Counted from the first letter of the stretch, positions 10,405 to 20,241 are shown. The stretch: 64,000 bases of DNA from Frankiales bacterium (GCA_025966135.1 JAOPVP010000046.1:152751-216750); one strand, 5' to 3'. Program-made: numbers and translations. The notes: generated by a model from the sequence alone, not told the origin.

Positions 10405-11634
10405 TCAGGTCACGAGCCAGCGCTCGGGTTCGGACACGACGGCGGCGACGACCGACCGGGCGGCGCCCAGCGCGGCGGCCTCCGGCCCGTGCGCGGCTGT
10501 GCGCACGCTGGGCGGCTCCCAGGACGACCACAACACCCGGCGGCTCAGCTCGTGTCCGACGGTGGGAAGCAGCCAGGGGGCCAGTGGGGCGTAGATGCCT
10601 CCGAGCACCACCGTGCTGATGTCGAGGACGTTCAGGACGCCGGCGAGCACGGTGCCGAGGGCGCCGGCGGCGGCGTCCAGGGCGGCGAGCAACGCGGGGT
10701 CGCCGAGCGTCGCCCGCTCCGCCAACGCGGCGCCCGGCGCCCCCACGCTCTGTCCTGCGAGGCCCGCGGCCCGGAGGATGGCCTCCTGTCCGGCGTACAC
10801 CTCGAGGCACCCGGTGGCTCCGCAGTGGCACGCAGGGCCGGAGGGCACCACCGTCACGTGCCCGATCTCGCCGCTCCACCCTCGGCTGCCGCGGTACAGC
10901 TCGCCGTCGAGGACGATCCCGGCACCGATCCCGATCTCGCCCGAGACGTGGACAAAGGTGCGCGCGGTCGGTGATACCTCTCCGAGTGCGGCGTAGTTGG
11001 CCTCGTTGTCGAGCGCCAGCGGCAGGGCGGTGAGCCGGCGGTTGCGGGTCAGCAGCCGGCGCACGTCGACGTCCTGCCAGCCGAGGTTCGGAGCGAGGAG
11101 CAGGCGCCCGTCGTGCACGAGCCCGGGCAGGGCCACCGCGGTGCCGGCCACCCGCACACCCTTGCGCTGGGCAGCGGCGAGCGCGGCTGCCCCCACCGCG
11201 GCCGTCGTGCGGAGCGCCGCCGCGGGGGTCAGCACCCGTTGGTCGCCCGCGTGCACCTCGTGGACGACCACGGCGCCGGTCAGGTCCACCACCGTCGCCG
11301 CGATGTAGTCCACGTTGACCTCGAGCCCGAGACCCCCTGGCCCGCCGGGGGCCAGGACCAGCCCGACGGCGGGCCGGCCGCTCCGGGCCGTCGGCGGCAG
11401 GGGCACCTCCCGGACGAGCCCCCCGGCCAGCAGGGTCTCCACCAGCGTCGAGGCGGTCGCACGCGTCAGCCCTGTGGTGGAGGCGATCTGGGCCCGCGAC
11501 ACCGGCGTTGGTGCCTCGGCGACCAGCCGCAGCGCCAGCCCGAGGTTGTGGTCGCGCAAGGACTGCTGTCGTGCGGGGCGGCCCCCCGCAACCAGCCTCC
11601 TGGCGGTTCTCGTGTCCTGCAGCGCGTCGCTCAC
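10405..11634 (-). CDS. ROK family transcriptional regulator (XylR-like), divergent from xylA
   Basis: [44 protein letters not shown]; start uncertain (GTG 11634 or ATG 11652). Confidence 0.9.
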   Translation of the reverse strand: MSDALQDTRTARRLVAGGRPARQQSLRDHNLGLALRLVAEAPTPVSRAQIASTTGLTRATASTLVETLLAGGLVREVPLPPTARSGRPAVGLVLAPGGPGGLGLEVNVDYIAATVVDLTGAVVVHEVHAGDQRVLTPAAALRTTAAVGAAALAAAQRKGVRVAGTAVALPGLVHDGRLLLAPNLGWQDVDVRRLLTRNRRLTALPLALDNEANYAALGEVSPTARTFVHVSGEIGIGAGIVLDGELYRGSRGWSGEIGHVTVVPSGPACHCGATGCLEVYAGQEAILRAAGLAGQSVGAPGAALAERATLGDPALLAALDAAAGALGTVLAGVLNVLDISTVVLGGIYAPLAPWLLPTVGHELSRRVLWSSWEPPSVRTAAHGPEAAALGAARSVVAAVVSEPERWLVT

Positions 11635-11639
11635 GAGCC

Positions 11640-11668
11640 TTGACACTGGCATGTCCCAAGCATAAGTT
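11640..11668 (+). promoter_or_regulatory. Housekeeping-sigma promoter of xylA
   Basis: TTGACA (11640-11645) - 17 nt - TAAGTT (11663-11668); AGGAGG RBS at 11691-11696. Confidence 0.75.
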
Positions 11669-11684
11669 CAACCAATCAACAAAT
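11662..11684. promoter_or_regulatory. Candidate ROK/XylR operator overlapping the xylA -10 box
   Basis: Reverse complement ATTTGTTG-ATTGGTT-GAACTTAT aligns with ATTTGTTG-TGTCGCA-CAACATAT at xylF. Confidence 0.72.
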
Positions 11685-11702
11685 CTCGTCAGGAGGCCTC
11701 CC

Positions 11703-12890
11703 GTGCCGCGCTCCCCCCGCCCTGAGGACAAGTTCACGTTCGGTCTGTGGACCGTCGGCTGGCAGGCCCGTGACCCCTTCGGAGACGCCACCCGCCCGCC
11801 GGTGGACCCGGTCGAGACGGTCCATCGGCTGGCCGAGCTCGGCGCCTGGGGGGTCACGTTCCACGATGACGACCTGGTGCCCTTCGGCTCCGACGAGCAC
11901 GCCCGTCAGGAGCACGTGAAGCGCTTCCGGGCTGCCCTGGACGAGACGGGGTTGGTGGTCCCGATGGTGACGACGAACCTCTTCACCCACCCGGTCTTCA
12001 AGGACGGCGGGTTCACGAGCAACGACCGGAGCGTCCGGCGGTACGCGCTGCGCAAGGTCATGCGCAACCTTGACCTGGCGGCTGAGCTCGGTGCCTCGAC
12101 GTACGTCTTCTGGGGTGGGCGCGAAGGCGCGGAGACCGACGCCGGTAAGGATGTGCGCAGCGCCCTGGACCGCTACCGCGAGGGGCTCGACCTGCTCGCG
12201 CAGTACTCGACCGACCGCGGGTACGGCCTGCGATTCGCCCTCGAGCCCAAGCCCAACGAGCCGCGCGGCGACATCCTGCTGCCCACCATCGGGCACGCCC
12301 TGGCGTTCATCTCCACCCTGGAGCACGCGGACATGGTCGGCGTGAACCCCGAAGTGGGTCACGAGCAGATGTCGAACCTGAACTTCGTGCACGGGATCAG
12401 CCAGGCGCTGTGGCAGGGCAAGCTGTTCCACCTCGACCTCAACGGCCAGCACGGGCCCAAGTTCGACCAGGACCTGACCTTCGGCCACGGCGACTTGCTC
12501 AGTGCGTTCTTCTTGGTGGACCTGCTCGAGAACGGCGGCCCGCAAGGCGTTTCGCCGTACGACGGTCCGCGGCACTTCGACTACAAGCCGCTCCGCACCG
12601 AGGACATCAGCGGTGTCTGGTCCTCGGCTGCCGACAACATGCGCACCTACCTGCTGCTCAAGGAGCGGGCAGCGGCGTTCCGGGCCGACCCGGAGGTGCA
12701 GGAGGCGTTGCTGGCCAGCAAGGTCGCTGAACTGTCGGTGCCGACGCTGAGTGACGGGGAGTCCTACGCCGACCTGCTTGCCGACCGCTCGGCGTTCGAG
12801 GACTTCGACGCCGATGCGGTGGGCGTCCGCGGGTACGGCTTCGGTCACCTGGACCAGCTGGCCGTGGAGCACGTCCTCGGCGCGCGTTAA
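11703..12890 (+). CDS. xylA: Xylose isomerase (class I, actinobacterial type)
   Basis: [47 protein letters not shown]; GTG after AGGAGG. Confidence 0.97.
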   Translation: MPRSPRPEDKFTFGLWTVGWQARDPFGDATRPPVDPVETVHRLAELGAWGVTFHDDDLVPFGSDEHARQEHVKRFRAALDETGLVVPMVTTNLFTHPVFKDGGFTSNDRSVRRYALRKVMRNLDLAAELGASTYVFWGGREGAETDAGKDVRSALDRYREGLDLLAQYSTDRGYGLRFALEPKPNEPRGDILLPTIGHALAFISTLEHADMVGVNPEVGHEQMSNLNFVHGISQALWQGKLFHLDLNGQHGPKFDQDLTFGHGDLLSAFFLVDLLENGGPQGVSPYDGPRHFDYKPLRTEDISGVWSSAADNMRTYLLLKERAAAFRADPEVQEALLASKVAELSVPTLSDGESYADLLADRSAFEDFDADAVGVRGYGFGHLDQLAVEHVLGAR

Positions 12891-13792
12891 CCCGTCTCGG
12901 CTGCCGTCTTCGGCTGCGCCACCAGGTCCAGGGCCACCGCCACGCCTGGCTGCCCGCTCGAACCCGGGATGCGGAGCAGGACCCGGCTTCCCAGCGGCAG
13001 GCCTCGCACGACGTCGAAGGCCGTGGTTGTCCCGCTGACGGGGACGGTGACGGCAGCGGGAGCGCCGTTCGTCCAGGTCGAGCCGGCGACCGTCCCGTTG
13101 TACGCGGTCGCCGCGTACTGCACGACGAGCAGGCCGGGCTTGACGGCTGGCCCGGTTCCCCTGGCCAGCATGGTGACCAGCGGCTTCGTCGGCGCCTTGG
13201 TGCCCTTGGCGACCGTCACAGTCGGGGCCGCGCCGAGAGCACCCTTGACGGTGATGCCCGGCGTCGTGCCCTTCTGCACCGCGGCGGCCGGGTCACCGGC
13301 GACGCTCTTGTTGTACGACGAGACGACGTCGACGACGAACACGAGCGTGTCGGTGCCCTTGATGCCTGCCTGGGTGTTGCCGGCGGTGCCGTAGCCCTGG
13401 GCCGGCGGGATGGACATGATGACGCGGCTACCGGCCTTGACGCCCACCAGCACGGAGTCCCAACCCGGGATGACCTTGCCGACGCCGATCGCGAACCCCG
13501 CGGCGGCCTTGCGGTCGTAGCTGTTGTCGAAGACCGCGCCGCCCCACACCTGGCCCAGGTAGTCGGCCACGAGCAGGTCACCCTTGCCGACGACCGGCCC
13601 GGTGCCCTGGCGCAAGACCTTGCTCATCAGGGTCTTGGGGGGCGTCTTGCTCGGGAAGGCGAACGTCGGCTTGCTGCCGTAGGACCCCTTGACTGTCGGC
13701 AGGGCCGAAGCCTTGTTGGCGCTCGCCCCGCATCCGCTGAGCAGGCCTGCGGCGAGCAGCGGGAGGACGAGGACTGCAGTGGCACGGCGCAC
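12887..13792 (-). CDS. FKBP-type peptidyl-prolyl cis-trans isomerase lipoprotein (one intact and one degenerate FKBP domain)
   Basis: Lipobox LSGC; [35 protein letters not shown]. Confidence 0.9.
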   Translation of the reverse strand: MRRATAVLVLPLLAAGLLSGCGASANKASALPTVKGSYGSKPTFAFPSKTPPKTLMSKVLRQGTGPVVGKGDLLVADYLGQVWGGAVFDNSYDRKAAAGFAIGVGKVIPGWDSVLVGVKAGSRVIMSIPPAQGYGTAGNTQAGIKGTDTLVFVVDVVSSYNKSVAGDPAAAVQKGTTPGITVKGALGAAPTVTVAKGTKAPTKPLVTMLARGTGPAVKPGLLVVQYAATAYNGTVAGSTWTNGAPAAVTVPVSGTTTAFDVVRGLPLGSRVLLRIPGSSGQPGVAVALDLVAQPKTAAETG

Positions 13793-13844
13793 GGGAAGAC
13801 CTCGAAATGTGGGGAGTTGTGTCCTACCACTGTGCCCCCTGGGC

Positions 13845-13861
13845 CTGTGGGCAACCTGAGA
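13845..13861 (-). promoter_or_regulatory. Possible OmpR-family (MprA-like) direct-repeat box upstream of the FKBP gene
   Basis: Minus strand TCTCAG-N5-CCACAG resembles the mycobacterial MprA tandem hexamer. Confidence 0.35.
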
Positions 13862-13975
13862 GGGGTCCGAGGGGCCTCAGCGCCGAGGATCACGTCAGCA
13901 GCCTCATACCTGCCTCGACGCCAGTCCTCGGTAGCGGATGCGACGATGGAGGCTTGCCGACGAAGGGGCGCAGGC

Positions 13976-15346
13976 ATGCAGCAGCAACGGCGGCGCGTCG
14001 CCGTCATCGGGTCCGGGTTCGGCGGTCTGTTCGCGGCGAAGGCTCTGCGCAAGGCCGAGGTCGAGCTCACGCTCATCGCCAGGACCTCCCATCACCTTTT
14101 CCAGCCGCTGCTCTACCAGGTTGCGACCGGGATCTTGTCGGAGGGCGAGATCGCACCGGCCACCCGCGAGATCCTCCGCCGGCAGCAGAACGCCCGGGTG
14201 CTCCTCGGGGAGGTCACCTCGATCGATCTCGCGGAGCGGACGGTGACGCACCAGCTGCTCGGCCGCACCACCGTGACGCCGTACGACGACCTCATCGTGG
14301 CGGCCGGAGCCGGGCAGTCGTACTTCGGCAACGACCACTTCGCGCGCTACGCGCCAGGGATGAAGTCGATCGACGACGCGCTCGAGCTGCGTGGACGGAT
14401 CTTCGGCTCCTTCGAGCTGGCCGAGCTCGCCAGGGACGACGACGAGATCGACAAGCTGCTCACCTTTGTCGTCGTCGGCGCCGGCCCGACCGGCGTCGAG
14501 ATGGCCGGGCAGATCACGGAGCTGGCGCGCCGCGCTCTCCCCGGCGACTTCCGCAACATCGACCCCCGCACCGCCCGTGTCGTGCTCCTCGACTTCGCAC
14601 CGCAGGTGCTCGGCAGCTTCGGGGAGCGGCTCTCGGATGCGGCGTCGCGGCAGCTTCGCGACATCGGCGTCGAGGTCCAGCTCGGGGCCAAGGTCGTCGG
14701 GGTCGACAGGGACGGCATCGAGGTCGAGGACCCGGACGGCACCCACCGCCGCATCTCGTCGTTCTGCAAGATCTGGGCGGCGGGCGTGGCTGCTTCGCCG
14801 CTGGCGCGGCAGCTGGCCGAGCAGTGCGGGGCGGAGGTCGACCGCGCCGGACGGATCAAGACCCTGCCCGACCTCACCCTTCCTGGTCATCCCGAGGTCT
14901 ACGTCGTCGGCGACATGGCCTCCCTCAGCGACTACCCGGGTGTGGCGCAGGTCGCGATCCAGGGTGCGCGGCACGCCGCGAAGACCATCGAGGGCAGGCC
15001 GTCGAGACCCTTCGTCTACAGGGACAAGGGCTCGATGGCCACGGTCAGCCGCTTCCACGCGGTCGCCAGCGTGAAGGGCCTCAGGTTCTCCGGCTTCCTC
15101 GCCTGGGTGCTGTGGCTCGCGGTGCACATCGTCTACATCGTGGGCTTCAAGAGCCGGGTCACCACGGTTCTGCACTGGGCCGTCAGCTTCGTCGGTCGAG
15201 GTCGCTCGGAGCGGGTGGCCACCGAGCAGCAGGTCCTCGGGCGGCTGGCCCTGGAGCAGCTCGGGCACGACGTCGTGACATTGGGCGCCGAGGGGCAGGG
15301 GTCCACGAGCTACACGACGGGGAGCAGCACGGCGAAGAGGGCGTAG
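13976..15346 (+). CDS. ndh: Type II NADH dehydrogenase
   Basis: VIGSGFGG, FQPLLYQVATG, VVGAGPTGVEMAG, WAAGV, VAQVAIQ, FVYRDKGSMA. Confidence 0.93.
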   Translation: MQQQRRRVAVIGSGFGGLFAAKALRKAEVELTLIARTSHHLFQPLLYQVATGILSEGEIAPATREILRRQQNARVLLGEVTSIDLAERTVTHQLLGRTTVTPYDDLIVAAGAGQSYFGNDHFARYAPGMKSIDDALELRGRIFGSFELAELARDDDEIDKLLTFVVVGAGPTGVEMAGQITELARRALPGDFRNIDPRTARVVLLDFAPQVLGSFGERLSDAASRQLRDIGVEVQLGAKVVGVDRDGIEVEDPDGTHRRISSFCKIWAAGVAASPLARQLAEQCGAEVDRAGRIKTLPDLTLPGHPEVYVVGDMASLSDYPGVAQVAIQGARHAAKTIEGRPSRPFVYRDKGSMATVSRFHAVASVKGLRFSGFLAWVLWLAVHIVYIVGFKSRVTTVLHWAVSFVGRGRSERVATEQQVLGRLALEQLGHDVVTLGAEGQGSTSYTTGSSTAKRA

Positions 15347-16269
15347 AAGACCCCAGCCGCCGCGAGGACGGGTGCCCCCAACCGGCCCTGCCGCAGGGCG
15401 AGCAGCAGGAACACGATGGCCGCGGTGGTCACCAGACCCGACAGCAGCAGCGGCCCGTCGAAGTTCCAGCCGGTGAACAGCAGCCCCAACCCGCTGGGGA
15501 CCGTCGCCTGCACCATCATCGAGCCGCTCACATTCGACAGCGCCAGTTGGGTCTTGCCCTGGCGGACCCAGATCAGGGCGTTCATCACCTCGGGTAGCTC
15601 GGTGGCCACGGGGGCGAGCAGGAGGGCCACCACGGCCTTGGACAGCCCGAGCTGCGGTCCGGCCCAGTCGAGCTGGGCGACGAAGACCTGCGAGGCCACG
15701 AAGATGACCACCAGGGTCGCCAAGGTCTGGACCGTCACGGGTGCCAGGCTCGGGGTCAGAGAGCGCGACAGCCGCAGCGGTTCGAGCTCGTGCTCGCCCG
15801 CATCCCCGCCGGCGCGCAGCTCGGAGACGACGTACGCGGCGTAGACGGCGAAGAACAGCAGCCCGAGCCAGGGCTTCCACGCGAAGGCCACCAGGCCGAG
15901 GCTGACCTTGACGACGAAGACCATGAGGAACCATCCCTGGTCGCGCCCGAGACGGGCGGTCTCGATGCGCGGCAGCCGGCGTCGTCGCAGCAGCAGGGAC
16001 ACCCCGATGACGCCGTAGCCGATGGTGGCGAGGGCGAGGGGCCCTCCCATCGCGGCGCCGACCCCGATGTCGTGCTGGTTGCCGTTCGTGACGGCGACAC
16101 CGGTCACGACGCTCTCGGGAAGGGCGGTGCCGATCGCCGCGAGCACGGTGCCGACGGCCAGGGTGCCGATCTTGAGGGCGCGGCCAAGGTGCTCGACGGC
16201 GTTCACGAACAGCTCGCACGCCAGGTAGATGGCAAGAGCCGAACCGATGAGCAGGAGGAGGTGCAGCAC
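15310..16269 (-). CDS. Ca2+/cation (Na+/Ca2+) antiporter, CaCA/YrbG family
   Basis: Two alpha-repeats (AIGTALPES and APVATELPE), many hydrophobic helices; start estimated at GTG 16269. Confidence 0.85.
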   Translation of the reverse strand: MLHLLLLIGSALAIYLACELFVNAVEHLGRALKIGTLAVGTVLAAIGTALPESVVTGVAVTNGNQHDIGVGAAMGGPLALATIGYGVIGVSLLLRRRRLPRIETARLGRDQGWFLMVFVVKVSLGLVAFAWKPWLGLLFFAVYAAYVVSELRAGGDAGEHELEPLRLSRSLTPSLAPVTVQTLATLVVIFVASQVFVAQLDWAGPQLGLSKAVVALLLAPVATELPEVMNALIWVRQGKTQLALSNVSGSMMVQATVPSGLGLLFTGWNFDGPLLLSGLVTTAAIVFLLLALRQGRLGAPVLAAAGVFYALFAVLLPVV

Positions 16270-16330
16270 GGGGTGGAGTTCCGATCCGGCCGCGGGGGGA
16301 AGGGACAGCCTTCGACCGCGGCCACGAGGG

Positions 16331-16440
16331 CCAGGTCGAAGGTCTCGCCGAGGTCCCTTCGGACCCCCAGCGGCCGGGAGCCCCTGCGTGGCGGCTCCAG
16401 CATGTCGACGCGCTGGCGTACGGCTACTCCCCTTCGCCTG
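16331..16440 (-). ncRNA. yybP-ykoY (Mn2+-sensing) riboswitch
   Basis: Minus strand: CAGGCGAAGGGGAGTAG ... GTCGACATGCTGG ... CGGCGAGACCTTCGACCTG, with the conserved GGGGAGUA and GAGACC motifs and P1 pairing; directly 5' of a cation transporter. Confidence 0.85.
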
Positions 16441-16603
16441 CGACACTACCGGACCGCTTCGGCCCGCTGGGCGGGGGTCTGCTGTCGTAAAATCGGACTT
16501 TGGCGGATAGACCACCCGTTCAGCCCTGTTGTGACCTCGCGGGTATGCCGACATCGCAAGAGTTGGCTTCGCCCTGATGCCCCCACCTCGTTCGGAGGAC
16601 GTA

Positions 16604-16798
16604 GTGACGTCCGCACCTGAGAAACCCGACCCACGCCGCGATGGCGAGGGACGCGTCGTCGCGTTCCTGCACGCAGGTATCCCGTTGAGCCTGCTGATGG
16701 ACCTCGCCGAGGGCGACCCGCGATCCGCCGAGGTCTACCAGGTGGAGTGCGCCGTCAAGGGAGCCGGCGCAACCCGCCGGCGTCGACCACTGCCGTGA
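16604..16798 (+). CDS. Small hypothetical protein (64 aa)
   Basis: GGAGGA RBS then GTG; core LHAGIPLSLLMDLAEGDPRSAEVY looks protein-like. Confidence 0.55.
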   Translation: MTSAPEKPDPRRDGEGRVVAFLHAGIPLSLLMDLAEGDPRSAEVYQVECAVKGAGATRRRRPLP

Positions 16799-17438
16799 CC
16801 TGCTCCTGAGCGATCACTGCCTCCTGGTCCCCTTCGACCAGCAGGACGACGGCGGCTCCGGCTCGTAGTGGGCCCAGCAGCGCCGCCAGGCCGTCGGGTG
16901 TGGACGGCTCGAGGCGGGTGAGCACCCGATCCGTGAGGTTCAGGTCAGCCGCCGGGACCGTGAACGAGCGGCCACCGACCTCCAGATGGACGCCGGCCGG
17001 CCGGCCGGCGAAGTGGTCGCCGTACGTCGGGATCTCCGCCGCGGCATCGAGCACCAGCGGGGGCACCGAGGGCAGCCGGGTGCCGAACGGGGTCAGGGAG
17101 CAGGCCAGTACGTCGTCCACACCCGCGTCGAGCGCGGCCTCCGCGTGCTCGGCGGCGACGAAGGCGATCGAGCAACCGGCGAGCTCCTGTGCCGTGGCTG
17201 CCACCACGACGGTGGCACCTGCGGCGACTCCACCGAGCAGGAAGCAGACGGTCTGCCAGTGCAGGGGGAGGAGCAGACCGCACCGGTCGGGGGCGCCGTA
17301 CCCGTCCGTGAGCAGGTTGGCGGTCTTCGACACCCAGTTCTTTGCGGTGGCACCGGAGAGCTCGACCCGGGCGGGGCCGTCGACGTAGGTCAGCAGCGGC
17401 TGCGCCGGGTCGCGGGGACCGACCAGCCCTGCGGTCAG
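16755..17438 (-). CDS. TIGR03089 family protein (Rv3268-like, acyl-CoA-synthetase-like fragment); probable CTG start
   Basis: PLLTYVD..RVELSGAT..NWVSKTANLL, LPLHWQ, DAAAEIPTYGDHF; position after the LCP gene as in other actinobacteria. Confidence 0.82.
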   Translation of the reverse strand: MTAGLVGPRDPAQPLLTYVDGPARVELSGATAKNWVSKTANLLTDGYGAPDRCGLLLPLHWQTVCFLLGGVAAGATVVVAATAQELAGCSIAFVAAEHAEAALDAGVDDVLACSLTPFGTRLPSVPPLVLDAAAEIPTYGDHFAGRPAGVHLEVGGRSFTVPAADLNLTDRVLTRLEPSTPDGLAALLGPLRAGAAVVLLVEGDQEAVIAQEQVTAVVDAGGLRRLP

Positions 17439-19075
17439 CGCGTGCAGGGGTTGTTCTGCGCAGTCTTGATCGGCGCGGTGGCGGTGGTCGTCGTGCCACT
17501 CGGCGTCGTCGTCGTGGTCGACACGGTCACCTTCTGGGCGCCCTTGTACGTCGAGCCGACGACCAGGTCGAGGGTGCTTCCCAGGCTGTTGTCGGCCTGG
17601 ATCAGCGAGCCGGGGATCGCCGCCTGGAGCGTGCGGGCCGAGTCAGCCTTGCTCGCGCCGTAGTAAATGGTGGTCTGCGTCGCACCGGAGCCCCGGTTGG
17701 TCGGGATGCCGATGACCTGGAAGCCGAGCGGAGCGATGTCGGCAGCCGCCTTGCGCCCCACGCCCGTCACGCCGGAGCCGTTGAAGACCGCGACCCGCAC
17801 GTTGCCGGGCGACACGATGAGCGGCGTCGTGGCGGGCTTGGTCCCTGTCGAGGCCGGGGCGCCGGGTGCCTGGTCGCTGCGGAGCGCGGCGAACAGCTGC
17901 TCGTCCTTGGTGGGATCCAGCAGAACCACACTGGCACCGTTGCGCACCCCGGCGATGTCGGAGATCGGCAAGGTGCTGAACAGCACGCCGCCCGAGCTGA
18001 ACTTGCTCAGCCGCAGCGCCAGGTTCTTGATGTCGTTGCCGCTGAGGTTCTTGTCGGCTTGAACCGATGAGGTCGCGACATCGAGGAAGCCGTTGAGCTT
18101 CAGCGGGTTCAGCAGCGTCCCGGCCGACAGCACCTTGTGCACCAGCGAGCCGATGAACTGCTGCTGGCGGGCGATGCGGTCCAGATCGCCGTTTGCCAGG
18201 CCGTAGCGCTGGCGGACGAACGCGAGGGCAGTGTCACCGGAGATGTGGTGCGGGCCCGCCGACAGGTTGATGCCGGTGTAGTGGTCCTGGGCCGCCGTGG
18301 TGAGGCAGATGTCGACGCCGCCGAGCTTGTTGACCATGCCCTTGAAGCCGGCGAAGTCGATCTGCACGAAGTGGTCGATCCGGATGTTGCTCAGGTTCTC
18401 GATGGTGGCGATGAGCAGTGCCGGGCCGCCCAGCGAGAACGCGCTGTTGAGCTTGTCGTGGTGCGCCGGGGTGACATGCCCGGTGGTCGGGTTGGTGTAC
18501 GCCGGGATCTCGACGTAGGAGTCCCGCGGGAAGCTGAGGAGCTCCGCCTTGTCGCTGTTGCCGTACAGGTGCATCAGGATCACCGTGTCCGAGCGCTGCC
18601 CGCTCACGAAGCTCCCCCCGACACCCTGGGTGCCGACGCCATTGGCGCCGGCGCGGGTGTCGGACCCGACGAGCAGGAAGTTCTGGGCGTTGCGCGGGGC
18701 ACCCTTGGGCGCGGTGTGCCCGGCGATACCGGGGAGATTGATCCGGCTGATCTGGCCGGTGTAATGGTTGAACGCGACCCACAGACCGCCCGCGCCGAGG
18801 AACACGACGACGGCCGTCGAGAGCGCGATCCAGGACAGGATGCGGCCCACGCGCTGCCCGCGGGTCCGGGGGCGACCTCGCGGCGGCCTGCTGGGACGAG
18901 GCAGGGGAGCGCGTGTTGCGGGTGCGGGCCCACCGCGGGCGGCCTGGCGGTAGGCGCTTGTCTCCCGCGGAGCCGGACCCCTACGGCCGCGGGGGTCCAG
19001 GTGGGGGGGCAGGTCGGACCTTCCTGACGACCCGTCCGACGGGGCATCGCCGTACGGGTCTCTCGGGGTGGTCAC
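17435..19075 (-). CDS. LCP (LytR-CpsA-Psr) glycopolymer-peptidoglycan ligase with a LytR C-terminal domain
   Basis: Single TM helix, NFLLVGSDTR, RSDTVIL, SFPRDSYV, KLNSAF, FVRQR, DLDRIARQQ; C-terminal VAVFNGSGVTG. Confidence 0.94.
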   Translation of the reverse strand: MTTPRDPYGDAPSDGSSGRSDLPPHLDPRGRRGPAPRETSAYRQAARGGPAPATRAPLPRPSRPPRGRPRTRGQRVGRILSWIALSTAVVVFLGAGGLWVAFNHYTGQISRINLPGIAGHTAPKGAPRNAQNFLLVGSDTRAGANGVGTQGVGGSFVSGQRSDTVILMHLYGNSDKAELLSFPRDSYVEIPAYTNPTTGHVTPAHHDKLNSAFSLGGPALLIATIENLSNIRIDHFVQIDFAGFKGMVNKLGGVDICLTTAAQDHYTGINLSAGPHHISGDTALAFVRQRYGLANGDLDRIARQQQFIGSLVHKVLSAGTLLNPLKLNGFLDVATSSVQADKNLSGNDIKNLALRLSKFSSGGVLFSTLPISDIAGVRNGASVVLLDPTKDEQLFAALRSDQAPGAPASTGTKPATTPLIVSPGNVRVAVFNGSGVTGVGRKAAADIAPLGFQVIGIPTNRGSGATQTTIYYGASKADSARTLQAAIPGSLIQADNSLGSTLDLVVGSTYKGAQKVTVSTTTTTPSGTTTTATAPIKTAQNNPCTR

Positions 19076-19257
19076 CTGCGGCGCTCCAAGCGTCGTTGTC
19101 GTTGCTCCCTGGACGCCTCACAGGTCCAACGGGTTCCGCCAGGGTACGAGATCGTGATCACTTCACGCCTGAAGCGGACCTGTAAGGCGGGTCCTGTCGC
19201 GGTGCTGGACAGACGCTGGCTGCTGGGACAGCCGGTGGCTTCTGGGAGTATGGACGC

Positions 19258-20241
19258 ATGCGCATCCTTGTCACCGGCGCGGCCGGCTTCATCGGCTCGC
19301 ACTTCGTCCGCACCCTGCTCGCCGGGGGCTACCCCGCGTACGCCGGTGCGGAGGTGACCGTCTACGACAAGCTCACCTACGCCGGCAACCTCGAGAACCT
19401 CGCGCCCGTGGCCGACGACCCGCGCTACCGCTTCGTGCAGGGCGACATCTGCGACGCCCAGCTGCTCGACGAGGTGCTCCCCGGCCAGGACCTCGTGATC
19501 AATTTTGCCGCGGAGTCGCACGTCGACCGCTCCATCACCGGCGCGGCTGATTTCGTCGTCACCAACGTTCTCGGCGCGCAGACCGTCTTCGACGCCTGCC
19601 TGCGAGCCGGCACCGAGCGAGTCGTGCACATCGGCACCGACGAGGTCTACGGCTCGATCGACGCCGGCTCGTGGACCGAGGAGGAGCCCCTGCGGCCCAA
19701 CTCGCCGTACAGTGCAGCGAAGGCAGGAGCGGAGCTGCTGGCGCGTGCCTACAGCGTGACCTACGGGCTGAACATCTCGACCACGCGCTGCAGCAACAAC
19801 TACGGGCCGTTCCAGTTCCCCGAGAAGGTCATCCCGTTGTTCGTCACCAACCTGATGGACGGCAAGCAGGTGCCCTTGTACGGCGATGGGCTCAACGTCC
19901 GGGACTGGTTGCACGTCGACGACCACTGCCGCGGGATCGCGATCGTCGCGGAGCAGGGCCAGGCCGGCGAGAGCTACAACATCGGCGGCGGTGTCGAGCT
20001 GGCCAACAAGGAGCTCGTCGAGCGCATCCTCACCGCCTGCGGCAAGGACTGGCAGAGCGTGGAGTACGTCGAGGACCGCAAGGGCCACGACCGCCGCTAC
20101 TCCGTGGACGATGCGAAGATCCGGACCCTGGGCTACGCCCCGCAACACAGCCTGGAGGACGGTCTCGTGGAGACGGTGGAGTGGTACCACGCCAACGAGT
20201 CCTGGTGGCGGCCGCTCAAGGCGACGGCAGCGCTGGCGTGA
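19258..20241 (+). CDS. rfbB: dTDP-glucose 4,6-dehydratase
   Basis: VTGAAGFIGS, DKLTYAGN, AAESHVDRS, TDEVYG, YSAAK, DRKGHDRRY. Confidence 0.96.
   Translation: MRILVTGAAGFIGSHFVRTLLAGGYPAYAGAEVTVYDKLTYAGNLENLAPVADDPRYRFVQGDICDAQLLDEVLPGQDLVINFAAESHVDRSITGAADFVVTNVLGAQTVFDACLRAGTERVVHIGTDEVYGSIDAGSWTEEEPLRPNSPYSAAKAGAELLARAYSVTYGLNISTTRCSNNYGPFQFPEKVIPLFVTNLMDGKQVPLYGDGLNVRDWLHVDDHCRGIAIVAEQGQAGESYNIGGGVELANKELVERILTACGKDWQSVEYVEDRKGHDRRYSVDDAKIRTLGYAPQHSLEDGLVETVEWYHANESWWRPLKATAALA

Noticed and set aside
8304-10619. Long antisense/alternative-frame ORFs (e.g. 8304-10619 +, 13904-16219 -, 43546-45828 -, 51769-54471 -)
   Set aside because: Shadow ORFs of real genes, expected in high-GC DNA with few stop codons; no recognisable motifs
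13810-13840. Possible Rex operator upstream of ndh
   Set aside because: Only a TTGTG half-site; no matching CACAA arm at the right spacing
15310-15346. 37-nt convergent overlap of ndh and the antiporter gene
   Set aside because: Short tail-to-tail overlaps are frequent in this window and in high-GC genomes; no sign of function
16527-16554. GCCGACAT upstream of the small ORF at 16604 as a sigma-28 -10 box
   Set aside because: No TCAA/TAAA-like -35 element at a 15-16 nt spacing
19671-20237. N-terminal extensions on rfbD, and likewise on manC (43006), scoB (47040), the GT4 (41136) and the SpoIID gene (37173)
   Set aside because: They overlap upstream genes in another frame; better starts with an RBS or a stop-start overlap exist
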